Assembly (NCBI GenBank): GCA_964106645.2
Contig: OZ067040.1
Length of the DNA stretch: 64,000 bases
Direction: 5' to 3' (one strand)
Origin: Podarcis pityusensis
Taxonomy: Eukaryota
Shown in pieces: positions 1 through 13,226 of the stretch. The notes below the pieces were generated by a model, which saw only the letters and a list, made by a program, of their open reading frames with translations, was not told the origin of the DNA and searched no databases. Position numbers and translations under genes: made by a program. Positions within the stretch are counted from its first letter, which is position 1. Each line of letters starts with the position of its first letter.

Positions 1-1090
1 TATTTGCATGGAAAGTTCTATAGGCACAACCTGTTGATTAATCTTTGTTCTGAAGCCAGAACATTTTCCCATAGCATCTACACAATGTTGCTGGCATCAA
101 AATGGAAGCTCAGGATACTAAATCTAGAGGTCTAATTTCAAAACAAGATGAATTTCTCCTAGAAGATGAATTTAGCAATTTAAATGGTGCTAAGCTGATG
201 TGGAATAATGACCTACATTGTTCTATCAATGAAGATGATTAGAATAGTCTGTGATGACAGCCACCATACAAATCCATTTCCATGAGAAAAAGAGAATTAA
301 TTCTGGAATTAATCCATAGGTGATATTTAACCCCTTGCAGACTGGCATATATAGCTCCTACGTCCTTGCCAAGATGTTGACAAGAAACATATACATATGT
401 GATGGTCCTGTTCCAACATACAACCCTCCTGGAACTCAATTTTTCAAGAAATAGGTAAAATCATTAACCATATGATTGCTGTCTCCCACCAGATGACACT
501 TATAAACTTATTTGAAACTGGACAGTTACTTACACCCTGAAGAAAGGTGGTGTCCAATTTATTATTGGCCACCTGGGCTATTATTGTCAGACACGGGAAA
601 GATTTAAATGGGAGTGCCTGGCATGCTCTGGTCCATGGGGTCACGAAGAGTCAGACACAACTAAAATGACTAAACCACAACAACAACCTCTTCACACGGT
701 ACAATAAAGTGTGGGAGATAGTCCTATTGGGAAAAAATCTACTTGCAAATTAGAAGTAGCAAAAGGATGACTCACACAGTTTGAACCCACATGCAACATT
801 CGGAAGTCTATGGTTGCTTTAAGAAAATACAGGTGACAATCTGCCCTCTCTACATGCACCAATGTATAAGCGCAAAACAGACTCTGTTTTTGTTTACTGT
901 TAAGAAATGTAGAAATAAGCTTCTGATTGGTATCCTTCCCCGGCATCCTGATCTTTTAATTGTATATTTCATAATTCTTCGTTATTATTTTTAGCTGCAA
1001 TTAAAAATTTGTAAACTTTATTCCACAATTATTTTGAATCTCTGTATTTTTAAAAAAATAAATAAAAATTACTTTTTTTAAAAAAAAACA
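1..1090 (+). mobile_element. Decayed L1/Tx1-type LINE 3' fragment (ORF2 C-terminus, 3'UTR, A-rich tail)
   Basis: Broken translation gives LIHR*YLTPCRL, HM*WSCSNIQPSWNSIFQEIGKII, LLLATWAIIVRHGK and YNKVWEIVLL, matching the vertebrate L1 ORF2 zinc-knuckle region. A-rich tail near 1050-1090. Confidence 0.6.
610..687 (+). mobile_element. BovB/RTE LINE extreme 3' end nested in the L1 fragment
   Basis: gcctggcatgctctggtccatggggtcacgaagagtcagacacaactaaaatgactaaac-(caa)n is the characteristic BovB/Bov-A 3' terminus. Confidence 0.8.
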
Positions 1091-4000
1091 ACCACCCCAA
1101 AATGGATGCTCATATTTTCTCCCCATTTAATCTGGAATTATCCTTTCTGGGGGAAATCTGCTAAATTAAAAAAGAGAACTTGGTGACAACAACTCATTTG
1201 CAATGTCTCAACAACCCTTTTATGCCTCTTGGTTTGCAGTCAAACTCTTTATTACTAAGCTATTCCTCCTCACGCGTAGATGAGATTATGGACTTCTCCA
1301 GGAAAACACCACAAACGTCCTGCCCTCAATAGTCTCTCCTCTTTGTCTAGGCAAATATGCCAGTTTCAAGAACTGCAACTGAACCCTGAGAGGAATAAGG
1401 GCAAAAAGTTATAAGCTGCCTTCAGAGGTGAGAAGAGGCCAGGAGGTCTGTCTGTAATGCTTTTGAAAGAAGTTTACTAAACTAGAAGCTGTGAATGGCC
1501 ACCCAAAATTTGGACTGTGTACCACTGGGACTCGCTCTCCAAACCCTCTCCCACAAGCAAGGTCCTCCGCCTTGCTGTTGCTACAACTAGAACCTTCTTT
1601 CTGAGAAAAGAACACAAACATCTCATACACAGAGAGATCTCTGGTGCTATTCTTTGGACCAACACTTCAGATTTCTAGGAGCACCAGGACTCCCGCCAGC
1701 AAGACTGGAAGAAAGCTGCTTCTGTTCACCAGCACACACAGCATCTGTCTGCTTGAGGTTTGCCGGCAAGTGGAAAATGCAGCTCTGTCTTCAGTCGTTT
1801 TTGTAAGAAACGTACTGAAGAGAAGGCATGGAAGGAGGAGACGCCCAGACTTAAAATGGTGGCTACTCTACCTTGTTTAGGGTGTTCAGTGCTGCACAAG
1901 ATTACAATTGCATGAAGGGGAGTGTACTTGTTGGTCCCCCTGCCCTGTCACACCTCAGACAGATCATCCCGCCCACCATCTGTTCATTGGGACTATTCTG
2001 GGTACAAAGGTTTCCCTCACAAATGAGAACCCTGACTAGGCATGGGGTCAAATCGTTTGGGGAGTCTAGGTATGTAGGGTGGACTCCCTCTTTCATACCT
2101 TCAGCCACAACTCATGGCCATGGATGGAACCAAAGGATATGTCTAAACGCAAGGCCAGAAAGCATGACTCACTCTCCTCCTTTACATTATGGTAATCACA
2201 TGGCCCATAATCCCTGAATAAGTCTTCTAGCTCTGAGCCATGCCTTCATACACTTGGGATGCAAAGTCTCTCAGAGAAAAGGGAAGTAAGGGCAAGGCAG
2301 GATTTTTTTGTTGCTGTTCCTTTGACAAACCTTTGGGGTTTCTATAAGATTCCCCAGGAACCCAGGAAAATACAGAGAAATGCTGTAAGCAGAATACAGT
2401 TTTGTTACCACAGTTTTCATTTCAAATATGTTCTTACATTAAGATCTACCAAGATTATTCATAGGTGTCTGCCTGATCGAGGGAGAGAGAGAGAATGAAA
2501 ATCTGAGTCCTAAATAAAACCTGGGTCAGAACTACTCCAGATTTTTGTATGCCCAGACATACCGCCCAACTTTTTCAAACCCAAAACTGGGGTGCACCCA
2601 GGCGAGTCACATGACCTGTGCCTTGCTCTTGTCTGGAAAAAATGCTTTTTGGGTTGAGAGTACAGCATGAGAGTGAGAGACAGGCAGCCAAAACGGCCAC
2701 CGCAATCTTATGCAAAGAAACGGCATGTCTCTTTTTTCAGGGCACTTGGCAGGTATGCTTAGACTGTGAAGGGAACCTCCGGACTATCAGTATTTTGAGG
2801 GGAAAGATTAAAGTGCATACTGGAAATTTAGGTTTGCACAACTAACATGGGTAACACTCTGTTTGCACAACTAGTGCAATAAATCCACTTTTAAAAAATC
2901 AGATTATTTATTTACTTATTGTGTTTAGGAAAGTGACTGGGAAATCTATGTACTGAAAGGTGTAAGATGAATGATTAATGAGAAGATGTATAAGCACTTC
3001 AGCGGAATGCTTGTTGCTGTCTAACAAACCAGAACAAATGCTCAATAAAAACGGGGCATAGTCTGACTTCTGCATAAGCATTGTGCAAGCAAATAAACAG
3101 ATCATGGGGTGGAACTCAAGAAAACTTCTAACCATTCCTAGATCAGCCATACTCCTCTCATGAAAGCTGGAATAAAGTTACTATTAGGAGCGAAACCCAG
3201 AGTCTCACTCACCAGGATACACTGGCAAGGGGAAAGGAGTAATCTATTGGTCCTCTTGACTTGCTTCACCTGGAACTGCCTGAGTCGGTTCTCACATGCT
3301 GTGCTTTTAGTTTTAGTTTTGCATTACAAGCCATAGTCTGCCTGTAGGTGTGCTGGCTGGGGCAAAATATCTGGAGGGCTACAGGTTCACGAAAGCTGCT
3401 TGGACTAATGGTCCAGTTTTCCAAGACTTTAAGAACTCCGGATCAGAACAGTGGGAAGAAACTAATTTTTGAAGCTGCATCAAGAGTCCCTCTGCCCAAG
3501 ATACAAAAGCAGATTTTACCTTATTTTGCTCTAGGGATCTGGGAATCAATCCACATGCCCTCTCTCTGTCCAAGATGTGCTCACAAGAGGAACAGAGAGC
3601 ACCGTCTTTGCTGGTTTTGCAAGAGGTTTACTAAAGAGAAGGCACTTGAGAACTTGTGGCTGCTTGATCTAATACATTCCTTGGAATTGAGATATCTTTG
3701 CTTTTCAGCTGTTGTTGAGAAACTGCAGAAACCCCACATACCCAAGAGGCCACCAACTGCACTCATTTCTAGAAAAACATTTTTTTTAAAAAAAAGTCTT
3801 ATGGTCACATTTCTAGTTTTCTAGTTCCACACTTTTCTGAGAAATAGTCTCAAAAAGCTTATTTTCTAAGGTTTTATGCACACAGTATTGTCTCATTGCA
3901 GCAGAGCAAGACCCAAAGTCACAGCAGGAGCATTCATAGCTGACTAGCAGCCTTGAAAATGTTCCATGAATTAAGCTAAGTGTTGTAAGAAAATGAAGAC

Positions 4001-4096
4001 TCCCTCATTTCTGCTACAGAAGGTTCCATATATTACAGAATATGGCTGTCACTTCCCTGTTCTAATCTAACTCATGTCACCTTTGGGACATTCATA

Positions 4097-4099
<3 letters not shown>

Positions 4100-4145
<46 letters not shown>
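4100..4145. repeat. (CT)n microsatellite
   Basis: About 23 perfect CT units. Confidence 0.98.
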
Positions 4146-4149
<4 letters not shown>

Positions 4150-5104
4150 GTAAGAGCCAAATTTCATCCAGAGTTTTTCCACACTTATTTACTAGGCAGG
4201 TATAACTAGCTCAACATCTTCTTATAAGGGCCTATTCAAGTGGCTTGTCATTGTGGTTGTGGCAAGGTCTCACGGGATTACATATAAAGGTGATTTGTTG
4301 CTGTGGCCGCTGTTCCTGCTTGCCTGAGTACTTGTACAAAGTGCTGAATAGTCCATTCATAAAGGAGGTCTCGCTGCCACCAACACAGCAGCCGTTCCTA
4401 CTCCTGACAATCTGCAAGAATCAGAAAGCTCTGCAGTGTGGCTGAGCTGGAGCTTGATTCCTTCCCCTGTCCTTACATCTGGTTTCAATATTTCTTGCCT
4501 TAATCTTCAACACTGACTCTTCTTGTTTGGCCCTGGACCTGGGCTAGTCATTGGAAATCATCATGAAGACATTTGGAAGAAGTGCTAGGGAAAATGCTTA
4601 CTTTTTATGAAGGATGTGTCCCAAACTGGTTACATAATGTTTAATTTCAGCTTCAATACAGTGGGTTTTTCTTTTAATCTCATTATCCTACTGCATTCAA
4701 ATCCTTTGCTTCTGTCTGATAAATGAACAAAACTCTGTACCCCAAATCCTCATCCCCAACTCAAAGCCCTTAAACTCAAGGATAATGGTAAAAATTGAAA
4801 AACACAATACAATTAAGTTGTTTGAGGGTCCCTTCAGACTGGTTTTTATTGTGGGTGTATTCTGCATTGTGTTCTTAATGCAGTAATAATCCATTAGTGG
4901 CGGATTGTTTCTGCTTTAGTTTGTTTTGCAATGTTTCCTGTATTTTTGCTGTCTGGAGAGGCTGTAGCAGGACAAAAGCAGGACACAGTAACTTTTTTGG
5001 TATAAGAAGTTGTGGAATTGCAGTACGAAGTTATGGGGCAAGCACTGGCTAGAAGTGAAGCAGTGTGACCACCCCAAAACTTTTGCAGTGACAAAGTGGA
5101 ATTG

Positions 5105-5247
5105 TAGGGTTGCCATATTTTGAAGAGCAAAAAAGTGGACACACTTGCCGACTTCTACTTTTAACTATGGATCGCTATAACGACTCATTTTACATGCCCA
5201 TGAAACAGAGGATGTGTCCTGGAAAAGGAGGACATATGGCAACCCTG
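5105..5247. mobile_element. hAT (Blackjack-like) MITE
   Basis: Terminal inverted repeats tagggttgccatat ... atatggcaaccctg with subterminal ggac motifs. No clear TSD. Confidence 0.6.
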
Positions 5248-5609
5248 CACAACCCCTTCAATAGCATCAGGTACACAAAGCATCCTGAACGTGCAAGAAC
5301 AAAGATGTCAGAGGGTTCCTTGATCTTCCCCATTAGAAATTACAATAACTAACAGAGCACTGGTTTTGCATGGTTTGTTCTTCAAGTTTAGTCAACTAGT
5401 TTTGTTTTGCTTGACCTTCCTGGTTTTTTTTATTATTCTTAATTTCTTGAATAATTCTCTTAGCAACCATTCTATTATATATAGGATTTATTTATAATAT
5501 TTATAATATTTTGTTTCTACTAGAAATGTGGCCTTTGACCAAAAATGTAGGACATGATCCAGTCAAATTAAGCACTAATAAGTCCATTGGTTTCAACTGG
5601 AAAGAATTA

Positions 5610-5700
5610 ACAGTGCAATCCTGTGCACATCTACTCAGAGGTAAGTCACATTAACTTCAATGGGGCTTATCCCCAAGTAAATGGTTATAGGGCTGCAGCT
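5610..5700. repeat. Short (~90 bp) palindromic squamate MITE-like repeat
   Basis: gtgcaatcct...gtaagt...ggggctta...atagggctgcagc; related copies at ~25785-25872, ~31075-31158 and ~63735-63820. Confidence 0.6.
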
Positions 5701-5924
5701 TTAAGAATATCCAAATGCTTCCACATAAATTAATGGGATAAAAAAGTCATTCTCTTTGGTTGGATTTTGGTTTTACTTGTGCACACTTCTTGTTGTTTAC
5801 TGTTTTTTTTTCAAGATTTGTACATTCTGTAGCTTATAGAATGGGGCACCTGGGGATTTCCAGTTCTATTCCACATTGCTACAAATGAGCCCTTTGGGGC
5901 CTACAAACCAGTTCTTGTGGGAGA

Positions 5925-6090
5925 AGAGTCGGACCATTGGCCAACCTACCTCAGTCTTGTCTACACTGACTGGCAGTGGTTTCAAGCAGGGGGCATTCCC
6001 AGGCCAACCTAGAGATATTGGGGGTTGAACCTGAGGCCTTCTGTATCAAAGCAGATCTCACTGATACACCCTTGATCTGAGCTACGGCCT
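5925..6090 (-). mobile_element. tRNA-derived SINE (Squam2-like), decayed
   Basis: Minus strand begins ggccgtagctcag (box A) ... aggcctcaggttcaaccccc (box B). The same body recurs at ~18460-18580, ~24620-24803 and ~56680-56790. Confidence 0.65.
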
Positions 6091-6266
6091 ACCCATGTTG
6101 TTTTGTATGAATAGTATGACTATATAGTAGTAGAAATATCATAGTTCAATAGTATAAATATGCTGAATTTCAAACATAATTTCATACATAAAATCCACTG
6201 GTATCTCTTACCATAACTTCTCACAGTAATGCATTCTTAAGGTACATTTTAAAATTATTATTAAAT

Positions 6267-6307
<41 letters not shown>

Positions 6308-6308
6308 A
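6267..6308. repeat. (GAAA)n microsatellite
   Basis: About 10 units. Confidence 0.97.
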
Positions 6309-9300
6309 TTATTGGACATTTAATAAGGCACATTGGCTTTTAAAAAAACATTTTTATTAAAGATTTCTTGGTTTACAAAAGTATGTGCAATGTCTCTTTT
6401 TTTCAAGTTACATTTTCTACATATCAGTTTCATTTGTTGAGACAGTGTTGCATTAGGAAGAAAAGGGAAAAAGAGGTGGAGGGGGGCATGGTGAGTGGGA
6501 GTGGGGAATTGTTTAAGTCACAATGGGCTTCCATTTTCCTGCCAACATAAAGGATAAGCAAAGAAGTGAAAAGTCAATATAGTCTGTAGAAGTTAGACTG
6601 GAACCAAGACAGACCGGGGTTCAAAGCCATAAGGCTCACTGCATTGTTGGATGAGTCACTCTTTTTCCTTCTTACCTCCTTTCTCAAGGTTATTATGGAG
6701 ATGAAAGAGGATAAAATACCCAGCCATGAGTGGGAGATGAAAATTCAAACGTGATGTGTCAACTTTCCTGAAACATGTGGGCTCCAGCCCAAGATCTTTT
6801 GTTTCCTCTTCAGCTGCTGGGGAACCATGGAGCAAAATTCACTTAATACAAACCTGGTTATCCTTCCTGAAGTGAACTCTGTTATGCATCTGAAACTGAT
6901 TTGCAATTCAAAGTCAAGATGCTTTATAGCATTCCTATTTCCTTGTGCATATAATAGGAGTGAGTGCTTCTATTGGCTTCAATTCCAATAACTCTGGCAA
7001 GTCTGGCTTGGGAACAACTGTATTCATGATGATATTCTAGTTATGCGATAATGTCTTCTCCATTTGGATTATCACTTGTAAAAGTATCTGACAAAGATGG
7101 AGATAAAGATTCTTCTATTGTTGTGGAACAAGCCCCTCACATCAACGGATCCCACAGATCTGTGCTTAGCATTTTTGTCCACACTTTTCACTTCTGTGAC
7201 TCTATTTACTCACCTAAAATAGGCAAACATAATAAGATCTCTGCCCTGATCTAAATTTCCATAGGGAGGGAGAAAACAAAAGATGAATATAAGGAAATGC
7301 ATTTATATCTGCTTTGGGTTCATCTCAGTGGAGTGAGGAACGAGTATAATAGCCATTATTATGGGAGCACATGTTGCTTTGTTAAAACCTCTGCAAGCCC
7401 CAGATATTATCATAGAACAGGTACTTCATGTACCACATCTATTTTCCATACCAGATGCAAGCAAAGGTTTTGCAGAGGTAGATTTAAAAAATAAAAAATA
7501 AATCCCAGTTTGCATGGAGGCAACATCCACATGAAGCTATTTCAATCAAAAATGTAATGTGTCCCAAACACAATAAACCTATGGTATTTCTTCTCACCCT
7601 CATAGTGGCAACTCAAGTAGCTATGCAGAATTTGTTGAGCCATTAATCCTGGGCTGAACTTAACATCTGATAGGTGCTTCCTTTCCCCAAGACAGTAGAG
7701 CCAAAAATGTCTTGCCCTGCCTCTAAACCTCAGAAATGGTTTGTATAGGTGGATGTAGGGCCAGCGTGGCACAGAAAATCTGAAGGCGAATCTCTGCTTC
7801 ATCTGAGCAGCCTGTTGGGCTCACCTCTGTAAGACGGAACATGCAAAAGTGAAGAAGCTTGGGCTGGGTAGCAGAATGAGTCAAGGAGAAGATGGTGGTC
7901 CTTCTCTAGAGGGAAAGCTTGGTATAGTCTGAATATATATTTTGCAGCCCCAAGAAGAACTCATTCGCCTGTATGTCATACTCTGAGACAGGACACCAAA
8001 GTTGACTCATAGGATCAAAAATCTGCTGATTTGGCAGCAAGGCAACACTGGTAACCCTGGTCTCCATACATCATGGAAAGCCATGCAGATGTCAATGATA
8101 TTATTCTTCAAGTGAATTTACAGAAACTTTCTTTCCCAGATGTCATGCCTATGCTCCAGTGTTCATTTATGTATCCCCTATCCATTCCAGAGAGAAATGA
8201 AATATCCTTTGGTGAGTGAATTTCAGTGGGAAATGCAACAATGAGGATTCTCTGAAGACAAAAGTGAAGGATGGCTTGTTTTGAAGTGGTTTTTGGTTCC
8301 AGGACTTTGGTTTCTTCTGTTCATTTTGGATTCTTTTAGGCTTCTTTGTGTCTCAAAGCTTATTTAATTTTCAATTTTTAACTATATATATTCCCTACTT
8401 TTAATGAAATTTCCAAAACTGTTTGTTCCAACCTGGGGTCTTCTTCCATGGGAACTTTAAATTGCTTTCTCTCCACCCCCCCCCCTTTAAAAAAATCCAT
8501 GAACTTTAAATTGCTTCCTAGTTACTATTTTTTTGTAGATACTAATTTTGTATCTAGATAATTTTTTTCCTAAATATCCCCAAAAAGGGCTAGGGAGAAA
8601 GTTTAAATATTCGAAAGAAGTTTCAATATTTCAAAAAGAACCTTTGTGAGTTGCCTATTTGTGGGATTCCCATGCCATTGATAACAACAAAGGCTTGGGA
8701 AGCCATTCCCCCATCCCACCCCACTTCACCTAAAAGGGCCAACAATGAGATCATTTTAACAATGAGAACTATTCGAAATAACGGTGTTATTTCTATTACA
8801 CCCCACCGAAATGAAGGAGTAAGTGCCTTAACCAGCCACACAATGTCAGGAGAATATTACTGCCCAATGGCAAAGATTGCTTTGAAAATGAACATCAAAG
8901 TGAAGATTGCTTTGAAAAATGAACATCATTCTAAATAAATGAATCCAGCCTGCCACTTGCTATCAAACTGATTCTTGTTCTAGGGTCAGGACATCTCTTC
9001 TGTTTTTTCCAGTTTGACTTTTGGTACTTTTGGTCGAAGCATGTAAATATTATATTTCCTACAGTAGGTGGCAGAGAAGGGCTGGTTCAACCCCCCCCCC
9101 CCAATTTCTGAGTGACAGAAAGCTAGAGCATTCCACTCAGCCTGTCTATGGACAGAATTCCCACTTGTTCATCTCGTGTCCATCAGGAGAAAACCTGAAA
9201 CCCTGCAGGGATTCCCCCATTGCTTCAACATTTTGTGCATTCTGCTCTCAGCTTTCCACCCTGGCCCCATGCCTGATTTGGGTTTCTTCAGTTGCCACCC

Positions 9301-9711
9301 ACACATTTCCATTATTGAAATGGATCCGGTAGCAGCATCACAACCCCCCACTCATTTCTTTTAGGTTTGCAGGGACCCATGCAAAACAAAACAAAGGGCA
9401 TCTAGGGTCTGTTCCTCACCAGATTTAGTATTGATGCGTTTCTAATGCTTCTCATTTATGGTGCTTCTCATGTTGCCTACTTAAATTATTTACACTATAA
9501 AATAATTACCTGCTATAAAATAATCATGAAAGGGAAATGAACTCCTAAAACCTGACAAGGCAATTTGCACACTGGGTGTGGTGTCGCATTATCGTAACAT
9601 TTGATGTTATTGTAGTATCCTATGATGGCCTGTTTGAAAAAGAAAGTGCTCTTGATTATTTGTCTCCCATCCTTCCTCCAAGGAGCTCAGGCTGGCGTCT
9701 ATGGTCTATCT

Positions 9712-9969
9712 CAGGGGTTCCCAAACTGTAGTCCACAGACGACTAATGCTCCATGTCTCTTATAATGTGTTTCATATGGCATTATACGTAATTCAAATTG
9801 TAATATATGGAATAAAAGGAGCAATACAAATAAAGTTTAAAAATATACAGCATCTAGCACAACAGATTCCAATGCTGGAACAGGCAGAAAAACCATTAAG
9901 TGGCCTGCCAAAACTTTCTGCAATTTTCAAGTGCTCCAGGTTAGGGGTGGGGGCATTTGGGAATGACTG
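9712..9969. mobile_element. hAT (Charlie-like) non-autonomous DNA transposon
   Basis: Ends caggggttcccaaact ... atttgggaatgactg. Flanking 8-mers gtctatct / gcctaatt look like a decayed TSD. Confidence 0.55.
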
Positions 9970-11499
9970 GCCTAATTCAAAGGCTTATTCGAAAGTTTAT
10001 CCTAGGCACATGAATGACAACTCCCATCATGCCTGGCCATTGGCATTTACTTCTGGAGAGAAGCAGGGCTGTAGCTCAATTCTCATGATCCCAAGTGGGC
10101 TTTTATTCGAGCACATCATGCCTTCTTTTTGTATTATCAACACACTGATCCTTGTTTCCCTTTTTTAGCATACATCACAATATTTAGCATACATCACAAT
10201 ATTTTCAGGTTGGACCCTTTTACAGTATTACAAATTCAACTGTCTGCTTCTGGGGCAAAGATATTTGCCTCCTCCCAGTTTCTTTATTTTTCACATTTGT
10301 CCTGAAGATGCCTGTTGGATATGAAATGTTGGGCGAAGTCATGTTTTCTTTCTATTCAAGCAGCCCAGTACACTTGCCACTGAATCTGATACCACTTCCA
10401 TTCCAGATGCTTTGAAAATCAGTCACCAGATCGGTGTCCCTTTGCACACTCACCTGCTTCATTCATCTCACCACCTCATGGAAGCTCCACCAAGAGATCC
10501 ATATGCTTACCAAAAGGAATATGTTCTGAGTAGCTTCACAACCACATTGACAAGGTCAAGCATGGACTCTTAATTCATGAATGTATATATCTAGTTCTTG
10601 ATCAGATCCAATGAGCTCTAAAGCAGTAAAGTGCTTTTCCCCCCATAGCTGTGATTTAAGGCAAGTCCTTAAGAAAACACCATCTGTAGTAGTGCTATGG
10701 AAAAATAAGTGTTTCACACTCCATTATATAACTTAGTTTCATATTGCATAAAGCTCAGTCCATAATAATGGTTGGAAAGACATACCCCGAAGGGCAGAAA
10801 GTCAAGGCACTTTAGAAAGGATTCTTACCAAATCAGATAAATATATCTAATAAAACTAAAAGTACAGAGCGCATTTTGTTCTCTGCAATACCAGCTGATG
10901 TTGGTCTAAATATAGCCCATCTGGCATAAATGGGTTACATGATGTTGTGTGGTGCTATAAAGTTTTAATAGATGCTTATTTGATTAGACCAGGATCATTC
11001 ATTCGTAACTCAACTACTTGTGAGTCTTGAGCAATGTGGTTGGTTTGTATTTGGGACTATTAAAAGTTTTTTATTACACCCCATGCTATTATATAGCCTT
11101 CCTAATAGTTCCTCCTGCTGCCACCCATTGGCCACCTGCACTCTCAGAAGGATTAAATGAACGACACATATAAAAACGGCAGCCTCCATTTTATATTATA
11201 TTCAAGGCAACACAGTAGACACTATCAAAAAGCTTAATATTTTCTCATATGCTCCAGATAGCAAGATAAATGTAACGTCAACAAGACACGCCACCTGTGC
11301 CCCAGTTCACGCTTTAAAATATGTGTGTGCAACTAAACTGACAAGTAAAATAAAACCACCCAGTATGTGGGACTTTCCAAACAACCCACAAGATAGTTCT
11401 GTTTTTGCAGGCTGTGGGTGACTCTGCCAGTCTGATATTTTGCATCAGGCTAATTGCATATAAAACAATGTCACATGCTATTGTTTTCCTTTGTTAACA

Positions 11500-11682
11500 G
11501 TGTTTTATAGATTGTAATTGTTGCACTGATGATTTGTTAATTATTCTGTATGATTTATGCTGCATTTGTGATGTTCTATTGTTTTATCATGTTGTTGTTA
11601 TTTATTGCTTGTAAGCCGCTTTGGGATTCATTTGAATGAGAAGTGGCATAGAAATATAATCAATCAATCAATCAATCAATTA
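11500..11682 (+). mobile_element. L2 LINE 3' end with (AATC)n tail
   Basis: T/G-rich UTR, then tgtaagccgctttggg...gaagtggcatagaaat and aatc repeats, typical of squamate L2 termini. Confidence 0.55.
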
Positions 11683-12049
11683 ATCTCTCATACACACACG
11701 CACACCCCTCACATGATTCAGGTTTCATACAAGACTAATTTCCTTCATGGATAATACACCTGGGTAGAAGACTGCACATGTACATATAGTCATATGTGAT
11801 GAGCACATGCCTGCCTGCTTTGTCATGCCTACATGTATCACGAAGTCCCTAATGGCAGGCACTTCCCAGGCTGTGTGCATGTAATCAATGAGAAACTCAT
11901 GCTCTTAACACTCCTTATGCGTTTTCTGCTTGAAAAGCAGTTTTCTGCTTTGAAGCAGAATCCATTTGGTACAGTCATATTGTAGGCTGTAGTCCTAAGT
12001 CCTGGAATGGCTTCTGTCATCCCAACAGAATTTCCCCACCCACAAGGAG

Positions 12050-12410
12050 AAACCACAAGAGGAAGCTGGCACAGGCCACCACTAAGTGCTGCCTGGAAGT
12101 TCAGGCGGCAACAGTTTACTGATTCATTTGAGAATTACGAAAAGGGGCTGGAGCTATCAAACCACTCAGAGCTGGAGATAGGCACTCCTGGATCCAGAAG
12201 TAGCCCCGGCATCAAATCTTCTTTCAGGGGAATGCAACCCCATCCAGAACAGGCCATCTCCCCACCTCCTGCTATCAAGAACTTGGAACAACTTAAACAG
12301 CTCTGTCCTTTCAGGATTCAGTTTTGATTTGTTGGCCCACATCCAGCCCATCACTGCTTACAAACACCTGTCTTCCACCACAGCCATCCCTCCTGATTCA
12401 GATGGAACAG
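12050..12410 (-). mobile_element. L2 LINE ORF2 fragment (RT C-terminal part)
   Basis: ORF 12166..12354 reads GWMWANKSKLNPERTELF, close to the L2 consensus WMxxNKLKLNPDKTExL. The adjacent frame has PVLDGVAFPLKE. Confidence 0.75.
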
Positions 12411-13063
12411 AGAAATAGATATGGGTGTTATCCACATATTGATGACACTTCACTCCAAAGATGGCTGTTTTTTCTAGTGTAAGTACTGTGTTCTGCTAAG
12501 GTAAGGAAATCTTTGAACACTCCTACCATATCCAGCAAACATAACAAGGATAGGATTGCTTTGCTCGTGCTCTGAAAAGTATCACATTTTATTGTGTGTT
12601 TAACTAAGTTGCTTTGGGCCGATACTGTATTTGAGCATACAAATAATATAAATAAAGGTGTTCTCTGTCGACCAATCTGTGTATTGTTAATGGCACAAAA
12701 ACCCAGCCATGCCAGTTTGCTGTGGTCAGCTGGCAACCATAGCCCGCATTCCGATATAATGCTGGGTTGAAAGCCTCACTTGTTTAAAATAAGATGCATA
12801 GTTGTGAGAAGAGTCATTGCTTTCGTATATAACACTGACAGAGAGTTTTATCTTCTTTGTTCTCACTACAACAGCTCCTAGTCTATTAATATGCCACATG
12901 CGCAAAACATATAGTCTAGCACCATGAAGTGGGAAAAAGTGGTAATGAGGAGCATCTCAAACCTCAGGTTCTTCTGTAAGGCACCAAACTAACTCTGAAT
13001 AATCAGTAGCGCAGTTGGGACTGCAAATTCTAAGAGGGTGGGTGGGGAAATCAGCCTAAATTA

Positions 13064-13067
<4 letters not shown>

Positions 13068-13098
<31 letters not shown>
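13068..13098. repeat. (CA)n microsatellite
   Basis: About 15 units. Confidence 0.97.
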
Positions 13099-13104
<6 letters not shown>

Positions 13105-13226
13105 GTGGCCCATAAGAAAAATGGCATGTCTGCTACCTTCTCCCACATTCCATCATTAAGACTGGGATTAGATGCAGACTCCAGGGCTCCATCAACTCTC
13201 TCTCCCCACCCTACCCCACTATCTTG

